In this document: positions 48,413 to 64,000 of the stretch, piece by piece
How the letters are laid out: every line of letters begins with the position of its first letter
How positions within the stretch are numbered: position 1 is the first letter of the stretch
Source: Neoechinorhynchus agilis
Taxonomy: Eukaryota; Animalia; Acanthocephala
Reading direction: 5' to 3'
Assembly (NCBI GenBank): GCA_051530055.1
Contig: CM121342.1
Location: 9,377,480 to 9,441,479 of the forward strand
Length of the DNA: 64,000 bases
The notes under the pieces: model-generated
What the model was told of the DNA's origin: nothing
Database searches by the model: none
What the model saw: the letters and a program-made list of their open reading frames with translations, nothing else
Position numbers and translations under genes: made by a program

Positions 48413-50710
48413 ATGGTTCGAGTTACAATAAAAGGAGGTATTTGGCGAAATACCGAGGATGAAATTTTGAAAGCAGCAGTGATGAAATATGGAAAAAATC
48501 AATGGTCTCGAATCGCGTCTCTTCTCCACCGGAAATCTGCTAAACAATGTAAGGCTCGTTGGTTCGAATGGCTTGATCCGAGCATAAAAAAGACAGAATG
48601 GAGCCGTGAAGAAGATGAAAAATTACTTCATATGGCTAAACTTATGCCAACGCAGTGGCGCACTATTGCTCCGGTTGTGGGTCGAACTGCCGCACAATGC
48701 CTTGAACGTTACGAGTTCTTGCTTGACCAAGTTCAAAAAAAGCAAGAGAGTGAGTTGAGTTTGAGTGATAGTCGTTCTTTGAGACCCGGTGAGATCGATC
48801 CGAATCCCGAGACAAAACCAGCTCGTCCGGATCCTGTTGATATGGATGAAGATGAGTTGGAGATGTTATCCGAAGCACGAGCTCGTCTTGCTAACACTCA
48901 AGGAAAAAAGGCGAAACGCAAGGCAAGAGAACGACAATTAGAAGAAGCGAGAAGATTGGCTAGTTTACAGAAGAAGAGAGAATTACGAGCGGCAGGGATA
49001 GTTATTGAGCGATTTAGAAAGAAAAAGAAACCTACAATCAATTATAATGAAGAAATTCCTTTTGAGAAAAATCCTCCAATCGGCTTCTACGATACGAGTT
49101 TAGATGAAGAGTATGTGAACAAGGCTGATATTTTTAAAGATGGCCGTGGGATTGATTCGAGTAAGTTTGTTCATCCAATGGATGTTAGTGATCGTGTTCG
49201 TCAAGAAGCAGTTCGTCGTGAAAAACAATTCAGTTCAATGACCGAGGATGACCCACGTCTTCTAGTTCCAAAATTCGAGCCTGTGAAGAAAAGATCAAAA
49301 CTTGTGCTTCCATCTCCTCAAATCGATGACTCTGAGCTCGAAGGTATTGTAAAATACAACATGTCGTCAAATACGCTTCTTAAAGAAGCGGTTGATTCGG
49401 AGACGAGTACTCGAGCCACGGAGAACCTTTTATCGGATTATGCCATAGTGAGCAATACTCTAGAATTACGGACTCCACAGATTCCGGAAAAGTTCAGTGT
49501 GATGAATGAAGCGGCTAATATTCTCGCACTGAGCAATGTGGATACTCCTCTAAAGGGAGGTCAAAATGTCGCTATTATTGAACCAAGTGAAGCGATTAGA
49601 CATTCCCAGACTCCGATTCGTACACCGAATACAGTATTTCAAACTCCAATTCGAAAACCAACGATTATTTCGCAATCGAAAACTCCTTCAATTTCATCAA
49701 AAGTTTATTCAGAGCCGGAATTGTCGAATGCTCGTGACGTTTTGATGATAAATCAATCGCGCAAAGAGCAGAGCACACAACGAAGATTCGATCTTAACCG
49801 AATGCCTGCTCCTCGAAATGATTACGAGATCGTAGCACCTGATGATGATAACGAGAAGGAAATTTCAAATTTAAATGAAGATACAAGGGAATTGGACGCT
49901 GAGGAAATCGAGGAAAATATTTGTAAACAGAATGAACATGAAGCTAATCGTAGAAGAGCACTTTTGTCAGCTAGTGCTCAACGTGGATTTCCTATTCCAT
50001 CAATGAACATTACACTTCATCAAAGACATTATCAAACCAAAACTCAATTAACCGATCTACAAATAGCCGAGGAGCTCATAAGACAAGAAATGATTGAACT
50101 TATTCGAAGAGATAATTTACTTGTATCTTCCAAATCTGCTGTTAATTTCTCTGATTTTGAGGGATTAAGCCAGGACGAGTTGGATAAAGCCCGCGAAGAT
50201 CTTGAACTTGAAATGGATGAACTAAGAGATGAGCGTGATTCGATTTCTGAAGAAACATTTAACGAGGCATGGATCGAATGTTACCAAGAACTGTTTTTAA
50301 GTCCATCGCTCAATCGATTTACTCGTCTGAGCACCAGTAGTCGAAAGGATCGAATCGAAGCGGCTGAGCGGGAACTGATTGCGAATCGTGCAGAAATGGC
50401 AAAGTTGGCAAATAAAGCTTCAGGTCTTGAACGCAAGGCGAATGTTTTATTTGGAGGATACAAGTCACGAGCAAGTATATTCGAACGAGATATTAACGAT
50501 ACGGTGGCGCAAATCGATCAAGCAGAAATCGAATTGCGTACTTATGAAGCATTACGCGAAAATGAGCGATTATCAATAATGAAAAGACTCGCTGCAGTTA
50601 AGAATGATGTACAAATGCAGGTTGAACGAGAACGTCAGTTGCAAGCGAGGCATCGAGAACTTGTTGACAAAAAGGAAAGTTTTCAATCGAGTTGTGGTAA
50701 CAATGAATGA
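48413..50710 (+). CDS. CDC5L: Cell division cycle 5-like protein (Prp19 complex Myb protein), single exon, 765 aa
   Basis: Two Myb repeats (KGGIWRNTEDEILKAAVMKYGKNQWSRIASLL...WSREEDEKLLH), RPGEIDPNPETKPARPDP, DMDEDELEMLSEARARLANTQGKKAKRKARE, KKRSKLVLPSPQI, DTPLKGG. The ORF is intact. Confidence 0.98.
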   Translation: MVRVTIKGGIWRNTEDEILKAAVMKYGKNQWSRIASLLHRKSAKQCKARWFEWLDPSIKKTEWSREEDEKLLHMAKLMPTQWRTIAPVVGRTAAQCLERYEFLLDQVQKKQESELSLSDSRSLRPGEIDPNPETKPARPDPVDMDEDELEMLSEARARLANTQGKKAKRKARERQLEEARRLASLQKKRELRAAGIVIERFRKKKKPTINYNEEIPFEKNPPIGFYDTSLDEEYVNKADIFKDGRGIDSSKFVHPMDVSDRVRQEAVRREKQFSSMTEDDPRLLVPKFEPVKKRSKLVLPSPQIDDSELEGIVKYNMSSNTLLKEAVDSETSTRATENLLSDYAIVSNTLELRTPQIPEKFSVMNEAANILALSNVDTPLKGGQNVAIIEPSEAIRHSQTPIRTPNTVFQTPIRKPTIISQSKTPSISSKVYSEPELSNARDVLMINQSRKEQSTQRRFDLNRMPAPRNDYEIVAPDDDNEKEISNLNEDTRELDAEEIEENICKQNEHEANRRRALLSASAQRGFPIPSMNITLHQRHYQTKTQLTDLQIAEELIRQEMIELIRRDNLLVSSKSAVNFSDFEGLSQDELDKAREDLELEMDELRDERDSISEETFNEAWIECYQELFLSPSLNRFTRLSTSSRKDRIEAAERELIANRAEMAKLANKASGLERKANVLFGGYKSRASIFERDINDTVAQIDQAEIELRTYEALRENERLSIMKRLAAVKNDVQMQVERERQLQARHRELVDKKESFQSSCGNNE

Positions 50711-51439
50711 TTGTAAGCGTGAAGGCTTTGCGGCTTGTCGTAATTTATTGCTATTACTTACATTTGTTCTATATTTTCGTGTGGTCGGATAGATTATTTT
50801 TTAACAAGTGAAACGTTTTCGAATTCAACACCACTAATTTATTCTCCGTTCAAAACGCTATTTTTTGCTCTTGATGTACGTGGATCATGAAATGATTTTA
50901 TATCGAAAAATCCCATTTGTCTTTGTTGTCAATCTTCGGCGACCTTCACTTTGAACAATGGACCAATAAAAAGGCTTTTTAACTTGAATTTGATCATAAA
51001 AATTAAAGTGCGAAATTAAATTGCAATTTTTTGACTATTTCTAAAATACATATATATTCAAAAATATATAACGATCAGAGTTATCGTGCGCATTTATGTC
51101 GAACTTCTAATTTATTATCAAAAATATTTTTTAATCCTGAAATATTTTTATGCGCAATTTTTTTAACAATCTCGGAAGACGGCTTGGCGACATGTTATTT
51201 AAAAAATTAATAGGGAATCTCTCCGGCGGTAAAATTCGAATGTTTAAATTTTAAAAAATCTCCTCGTTAAAAAAACGAGTAAATATACATATTTGCGGCA
51301 ATAAAGGTTAAATTAGTTGAACCGATTTTGATTATTTTAAAAATTATTTTAGTGAAGTTAATTAAAGAAGTGACGATTAAAACGGGAAAGCATTTTATAA
51401 TAATACGTTTATTCATTACTTGGGAAATTAGACTTATGA

Positions 51440-52258
51440 CCCAGTGGATCACGGGATCGGTCGGTTGGGGATATCTGGTCGGAGGATGTCCGTTCAGGTG
51501 GAAATATCTGGTTGGGGGATGTCCGTTCAGGTGAGAATATTCGGTCGGAGAGATGTCTGTTCGGATGGGAATATCCGATCCGAGGGATGTCCGTTCGGGT
51601 GAAATATCCGGTCGGAGATGTCCGTTCTGATGGGAATATCCGATCCGAGGGATGTCCGTTCGGGTGTGCAAATTCGGTCGGAGATGTCCATTAAGGTGGA
51701 AATATCCTGCCGGGGGATGTCCGTTCGTGTGTGCAAATTCGGTCGGAGATGTCCATTAAGGTGGAAATATCCGATCCGAGGGATGTCCGTTCGGGTGTGC
51801 AAATTCGGTCGGAGATGTCCGCTTTGATGGGACTATAGTATCCGAGGGATGTCCGTTCGGGTGAGAATATCCGGTCAGGGGATGTCCGTTCGGGAAGGAA
51901 TATCCGGTCGGAGATGTCCGTTATGGTGGAAATATCCTGCCGGGAGATGTCCGTTCGTGTGTGCAAATTCGGTCGGAGATGTCCATTAAGGTGGAAATAT
52001 CCGGCCGGGGGGATGTCCGTTCTGGTGAGAATATCCGGTCGGAGGGATGCCCATTCGGGAGGGAATATCCGGTCGGAGATGTCCGTTCTGATGATAATAT
52101 CCAATCTGAGGGATGTCCGTTTGGGTGGGAATTTACGGCCGAAGGTGTCCATTAAGGTGGAAATATCTGGTCGGGGGATGTCCGTTCTGGTGAGAATATC
52201 CGGTCGGAGGGATGCCCATTCGGGAGGGAATATCCGGTTGGAGATGTCCGTTCGGGTT
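51440..52258. repeat. GC-rich minisatellite, ~32-bp units with ~64-bp higher-order pairs (family E)
   Basis: GATGTCC-N9-GAAATATCC-GGTCGG units, with alternating ATTAAGGTG/GAAATATC and GTTCGGGTG/TGCAAATTC variants. About 25 units. Confidence 0.95.
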
Positions 52259-52547
52259 ACCCATGTACCTTTGTGTCCTCATAAACACACATAGTTTAAC
52301 GCAAGAGGCGTAGCGATTCTCATAAAGTATGTGGAGTCAGCGAGAGAAACTTCTTGGCATAATTAAGTAAACCAATATTCGAAGTTTAGAAGTGTTTTGT
52401 TGTATTCGATACTCGAATACGGGTGCTAATGGAATTGCGGAGGATTCTTAGACAATGAGAAAAACGAAGGATAATAGAGAAAAGTTATTGGCTCGTCTAT
52501 CTTGGTTTAAAATAGTAACAAGTTCATTCGTTAATTAACAAAGAATA

Positions 52548-52860
52548 GGACTCATGTACCTTTGGGTCCTCATAAACACGAGAGTTTTCTGATTTGTTAA
52601 ATGAATGAGGTTGTTTATTATGGAGTGGATTACAGGTTCGGTTGGGTGGGAATGTTGATGATTTATAGGAAAGGTTGTGAGGTTGGGTCCTTCTTCAGGT
52701 TCATTTCGGTTTATAATATCCGAGAAGATTGGACAGCATGGAAAAAGGAGCGGAGGTATGGGGAGGTGCGTGGTCGAGGCAGGATCAAACGAATTTTGAT
52801 TATGAGTGTCACTTGCGCCACGCAAGAAGTAATGTTTAAAATTTTGAATTGTATGAAGCT
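52548..52860 (-). mobile_element. Diverged LINE 3' end joined to family E hairpin
   Basis: The minus strand near 52755-52715 resembles the LINE C-terminus (LFHAVQSSRIL* vs IFHAAQSSRIS*). ATTCCCA at 52653-52647; hairpin GGACTCA-TGTACCTT-TGGGTCC at 52548-52569. Confidence 0.75.
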
Positions 52861-53298
52861 TTCGGACGGATAAACCGTTAGCGCTTTTCACTTTAAATAA
52901 TTTATTACCATTTTTTCAAAAAAATTATTTCCATTCTTAGTTTTTACGCATGTAGTTGAGTGAGCGAGACGAGTGAATCACGAAATGTAAAAAACAAAAC
53001 GCTTTTGGGTATCATGTTTAACCATGGAGAAAACCAACTATTGGCCAAATGTGTTAATTTTAGATATCAGAAATGCATGCGGTGATTCGAGATCAGGTAA
53101 ATTGTTTAAGCTATATTTTCTACTTCCTTAGACTTTCATGGCTCGTTTGCATTTTCCTTCTTCGGTTGGAATGCTTTGGATGCACTTGCGGGTTCTGCCT
53201 TTTTTGACGACGCGGAGAATACGTTCTGCAGCTTCCAGTGTAGCAGCAACATTTTTGTGTTAACTTCAATTGTGTCTTAGGTTACCATAATAAAAAGG

Positions 53299-56236
53299 AT
53301 GGCTAAGGAAAGTATTGGGAATATATTCGAGAGTCACGTTCAAGATCTCATACGAGACCTACGCCAAAATCCTGAAAACGAGCATGAAGTCGTCAAAAAT
53401 CATCTCAATGTGATCCGTGCGGAATTAAACAATCCTTTGGTTGAATGGATCTCCGGATTTTTTTGAAAAAATTCCGAAATCCATTCATTTAATGGATACG
53501 AAATGTAATGCTTTAAACAAACTAATCTATATACAGATGTTAGGCTATGATGTTAGTTTTGGTGCATTCAGTTCCATTCAATTGCTGAGTAGTTCATCCA
53601 TAGAACATAAACGATGCGCGTATTTGTCACTTTCGAAAATATTTTCGGTTTCATTGGCGCCGTCCATAGGCGAATTGCTCGTTTTAACCACGAATTCAAT
53701 CAAAAAAGACCTCAATTCTGGGAACCAGTTTATTTGTGGGTTTGCCCTGCAAGCACTTGGAACCATATTGAACAGTGAACTCGCCCAATCTCTTACTACC
53801 GACGTTATTAATCTTTTGTCGTCCAGTAAACCTATACTAAGGAAAAAAGCAGTTGTCCTACTAAGAAAATTACTCACTTTGAATCCGTCTGCCACCGCAG
53901 ATGCACTTCCAAGGCTCATTGATAGACTTATGATGGACAATGATGTCGGTGTTCAGACTGCAATCATTACGGTTTTATGTGAATTATCGGTTGACAATGG
54001 ACAATTCCTAACTCCATTGATCCCGACACTCTTACCGCTCATTTCAACCACTAAAAATAATTGGCTTATGATTAAACTCATTAAACTACTGAGTCAACTT
54101 GTTCCATTTGAGAAAACGCTTGCCAATAACCTTATTGATCCATTGACTGCAATTATCCAAGGTACGTCGGCGACTTCTCTTTTGTATGAATGTATAAATA
54201 CCATTATTGTTGTCTTGATATCAATGAGTGAAGATGATGGCCACGCTTCTGCGGTAAGTCTTTGTGCGCAGAAGATTAGCGTTTTGATCGACGATAAAGA
54301 TCAAAATTTAAGATATCTTGGTCTTCAGACTCTTGCTAAGGTATTGAACGATACTCAAAAGAAGGCAAGATGTCAAGGATCGCATCGCCGATTAGTTCTG
54401 AAATGCCTAAATGATCCTGATGAGTCCATCAGAAGACGTGCAATTGATCTTTTATCGGAATAGTTGAGAATGGCTGATTTCTAAGTTCGCACATGAGGTT
54501 TAATTGCCTCTTAAATTGGTTTCAAAAGACTTTGATTTGCGCTCATGCCTTAAAAATATTACAGCCACCCAAAAACTCTTAGGTTTTGAATTTTCTTAAA
54601 TTTTGCTAATCCCAGAAAATAATAAATTTTTAGAGTTTTTATCGATGTTTTAATTTGTATTTTAAAAGTTACTTTCTGGAGACATCTACACGCTTTAGGG
54701 CAAACTTGAGGCAAATTTAATGAAATTTTCCAAACAAGTATCAATGATTTGAACAAATCATAAACTCTTATTTTGAGTTCAATGATTTTATAAGATCATT
54801 TTAGCAAACTTATTGATCCTTCGCTTTGAAAAGTGAATATTGTCGACTTCTGGACTTGTATTTTTTCACGATCCTTCTGGTGGCGTCTGCATGCTTTTCA
54901 ACGAACTCCAAATATGCTTAATAAAAATTCTCGATGAAGTATATTCAACTCTACAAATTCTTAACCGTTATTGTAGGTCAGATTTTTGCTTTTTATAATA
55001 GCATCAAGGAATCGTTTACGCTAGAATTTCAATACTTATGACTATAGCACGATTTATACCTAATTAGTGATTCCAAAGGTTTTAGGTTGCAATCTTTAAA
55101 GCGCTGCTATTCGCTCAAAATATTATTTAGTTAGACCAGATCTAAAACGGCAATTGATAAATCGTTACTAATAAACCGAAATTCTCCTTGAATCCTTGTA
55201 CTCCCATTCTTATCCTTTTCGAATAACGACAATTACGAACCGCCAGACACTTCCTGACATTGTCAAGCGACTTTTCGCAATCATTGGAAAAACGGACAGC
55301 ATCACTCTTCGTCGTCAATGTGAACTAACTCTCCTAAGTCTTTGTACGGACGACAACTACGAAAACGTAGAAGATTTCGAATGGCTTATTTCTACAATGT
55401 TTCGTCTTTGTGATCAACGTCAAAGCACGATTTCCGATGATACTATTGAGAAAGCGATCGCCTACACCCTTGTGGATATTGCAGTTCGTGTGGATGAAGT
55501 AAGACCATTCGCTGAGATTGAATTCGTGAAGCTTCTGAGAGATCCAGCGAAGATCAGCGGAGATATACTCCGTGCAGTTTCTTATATACTCGGGGCATAC
55601 GGTACTAGACCGGAATCCTTGGACGCACTTCTTCAGTGTTTTAAAACAAGACCCATAGACGGATTCACATCAAGTTGCGTTATTCAAAATTGTTTCAAGT
55701 TTTCGTATCGTTTAAACAGCATCGAATGGTTTAGAGATCAGTGCGAAGACTTTCTTGCAGGCGGTGGATTTAGGCAGATGAAATGGTGAATAGTGGATCT
55801 TTTTCCTCATTTCATCGAAATGACCGTTGATTTTGAGTCTTTTGCGACGGAAGGTCTTATCCGAACAAGGGAATATTGCAGACTGATCGATGTATGTTTA
55901 AAGGATGAAAGCATAAAACATGAAATAAAAGCATGGTTCGACATGGAACTACTACCAGTTGCAGAAGGCGCTCAACGGCGAGTAGAGCGCCCAATTAGCC
56001 CAATCGAAGTTACAAAAATCGAAGAGGCTATCATTGAATGCGATGAGTTGACTAAGATGGAATTAAGCGATGTCATAGATAAGGATAACAATTCACCGAG
56101 GAAGCATACCAAGCGACGAAGACCTCGAGTTTTGACATCCGTAGACGATGTTCGCCGTAAAAAAGAAGAGATAAAAGAAGAGCACAGCAGCTCGATACAT
56201 TCGGTTGAACATGATTTGTTACAATTACATGACTAA
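53299..56236 (+). CDS. AP3D1: AP-3 complex subunit delta (trunk); interrupted, may be a pseudogene
   Basis: MAKESIGNIFESHVQDLIRDLR, KCNALNKLIYIQMLGYD, KPILRKKAV, NNWLMIKLIKL, SLLYECINT, DQNLRYLGL, DESIRRRAIDLL, FEWLIS, VDLFPHF. Breaks occur at ~53440-53491 (frameshift), ~54461-55230 and a TGA at 55787. Confidence 0.85.
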
Positions 56237-56601
56237 GTGTCGGTAAAGAAAAAGTCGCATTTTTCGTTGAGTGTACATGGAGGTACATTATTCCGGGAAT
56301 AATTGAACACACGTGGCACCGTTTGCAGACAAATGTATATATTTCTCAGCACTGATTCCACCGAATGCAAACAAAATCGTCCCTTTCACAAGCACAAGGA
56401 AAGACAGTTACTTGGAGAAATGTCAAGGAGAAGATGTACCTTTTTCGTATGTAATGAACATAAGGATTTCGCATAATTACGCCAAGAATACTGTATGAAT
56501 CGTTATGGCATCCAGTTTTATAAATACGCCTATCATCTTTTCCCAACGAAAATCACCTCGTAAAGAACCGTCGTCGTCTTGGTCTTAGGAAAACCCCTCT
56601 A

Positions 56602-61861
<5,260 letters not shown>

Positions 61862-62054
61862 CTATATATATTTTGGCCCTACAACAATTTCGCGTGCGTG
61901 TGGAATTCTTGATTGAAGTTATGTTTCTTTGAGTTTATTTTTAAAATCGGTGATTTTACAATCCGAATTGTTCTGAGTGTTGATACAATGATATGTATCA
62001 ATTGTACCCGAGCGGAAATTTATATAAAAACTATGCTATTATAAATTATGATAG

Positions 62055-62810
62055 CAAAATTTAAACAAATTTTCATTTAGCTTTTAGCAGATTTTCATAT
62101 TGTAATCTTGAAAAAAAAGATACTTATTGTATTTCAGCAATTAACGATTGGGCAATAAGACGTGGAACAATTGATACAGTGAAATAATCTAATCGCGTTT
62201 TAAGGAGTGATTGTAGCAGATTTCGGTATTGTAATACTGAAAAAAGATACTTATTGTATTTTAGCAATTAACGATCGGGCAATAAAACGTAGAACAATTT
62301 ATTCAATAAAATAATTTAATCGCGTTTTAAGGAGCGATTTTAACAAATTTTCGTTTAGATTTTAGCAGATTTTGGTATTGTAATACCGAAAAAAGATACT
62401 TATTGTATTTCAGCAATTAACGATCGGGAATAAAACGTGGAACAATTTATTCAATAAAATAATTTAATCGCGTTTTAAGGAGTGATTTTAACAAATTTTC
62501 GTTTAGTTTCTAGCAGATTTTGGTATTGTAATCTTGAAAAAAAAATACTTATTGTATTTCAGCAATTAACGATCGGGCAATAAAACGTGGAACAATTTAT
62601 TCAATAAAATAATTTAATCGTGTTTTAAAGAAAAATTTAAACGAATTTCTTTTTATCCTTTAGCAGATTTTGGTATTGTAATCTTGAAAAAAGATACATA
62701 GTGTATTTCAGCAATTAATACTCGGGCAATATGACGTCGAACAATTAATTCAGTGGAATAATCTAATCGCTTTTTAAAGAAAAATTTATACAAATTTCTT
62801 TTTTGCCTTT
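62055..62810. repeat. AT-rich satellite, ~149-bp unit x ~5
   Basis: TAGCAGATTT recurs at ~62085, 62214, 62363, 62511 and 62661. A further piece lies at ~63645-63672. Confidence 0.95.
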
Positions 62811-63640
62811 AATATCATCCACTCGAGTTACATGGATTAAGGAAAGGGATAGTATTGTGAGGGAATTGAGAATAAGAGGATATCTTATGTGGATAATTGA
62901 CTGCGGGATTAAGAGGAGCAATCACCGAACACAGAACAAAAGACCGCTCCCAGAGTCCGAGAAAGAGTTGAATTTGTTTTGGTGATGCAACAAACCAAAT
63001 GATCAATTCGATTATGAGGACCGAGGGGGAGTTCGAGTGTACAATAATAAAAGCATCATCCTCGCCAACACGTCCAAGAAGAAGGTGTACAATAATCCGA
63101 CTCGTTGCGGGGTGCACTCAATGTGACAAGGCGTACACCGACCAAACAATGCAGGGCATTCCGAAAAGAGTCACCCAACATAAACAAGTCTGTCGACGTT
63201 TTGATCGCTTATCTGCGATTTCAAACCACCAGGAAACTATGCAGCATCGCATAGATTTCGAAGGCACTGAATTTATAGAGAAAGAGCCAAATCTTGTTGG
63301 AAGGCGTCTGGTTCTTGAGGCCTCGCACACATCTCTGCGGCCAATGGAATGAAAGGCAATAAGGCGAATTTCAACGTAAAACTACCTGCCAGTGACGTAG
63401 TTAAAATCAATGGAAAACACACGATACATTGCAGGGTTTTTCGAGCAGGGGCACACGGTCAGCGAACCTTGTTGGAAGTCGTAAACCTGTCATCCCGAGC
63501 CTATTAGACAAAATATAGAAAAGAACCATAACCAAAAACCTTTTTAGGTGATTTATAAGGCGAGGTTTCCTCTTTCGAAATATTTCCCAATAATAAAGTG
63601 ATTTTTAACCGAGATTATCTTCATTACAAGTCAAAATTCA
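62811..63640 (+). mobile_element. Penelope-like 3' fragment (GIY-YIG, degenerate hammerhead, tail) inside the satellite
   Basis: CTQCDKAYTDQTMQGIPKRVTQHKQVC...SAISNHQ is the same family as 2402-2596. TGA-TTTATAA-G-GCGAGG-TTT-CCTC..CGAAATATTT at 63549-63585. Confidence 0.85.
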
Positions 63641-64000
63641 TTTAATGAAATAATCTAATCGCTTTTTAAAAATAGGCGGTTTAAAATGGGAAACTCGAAA
63701 AAAAAGACAGTGCTTGACGGATTTATAAAAGAAGAATAGGCTTCCGTTCATTATGAGGAAATGTTGTTGAATATGAAATTTGAATATTCTTAAAATCAAG
63801 TTTGTTGGGTATGCTGGAAATTTAGGCATTTGATTCATACATGTTTTACACAATCAATTCATTATAGTAAATAAATTCGGGAATTTATAATCGTAATAAT
63901 ATCTGCACTTGTCGGAGGATACGAATTAAATCATCTTTTTCAAAGAGCATATATAAAAGTGAAAATGATTTATACATTTAATATTTCACGTAGATTTTAT

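Noticed and set aside
51267-52294. Multiple overlapping ORFs of 60-150 aa
   Set aside because: They are by-products of the stop-poor minisatellite and have no coherent protein signal.

Overview
This is eukaryotic, non-vertebrate animal DNA, dominated by decayed retroelements. These comprise Ty3/Gypsy LTR elements (one with both LTRs, one Mag-type with a tRNA-Ser PBS), CR1/L2-group LINEs, RTE remnants, CRE-like RLE non-LTR elements, and Penelope-like elements with GIY-YIG domains and hammerhead ribozymes. The right third holds three + strand host genes: an intronless CDC5L, an oddly interrupted AP-3 delta subunit, and an intact multi-exon fibrillar collagen with 38-57 bp GT-AG introns. Manual translation also found broken host-gene copies that the ORF track misses or only fragments: two FoxO-like forkhead genes (with the FoxO-specific intron position), two KDM5/Lid-like demethylase genes (JmjN-ARID-PHD-JmjC remnants) that each lie just upstream of a FoxO-like copy, and an Enhancer-of-zeste copy lacking the SET core. 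The most promising leads are (1) the amplified KDM5-FoxO block, (2) a LINE family whose 3' ends join a minisatellite/terminal-hairpin family at ATTCCCA, (3) hairpin-associated non-canonical interruptions of AP3D1, and (4) a hammerhead variant with a compensatory U3:A8 core. All homology calls come from motif recognition by eye; no database searches were run, and TE boundaries are approximate unless a TSD or LTR is cited.
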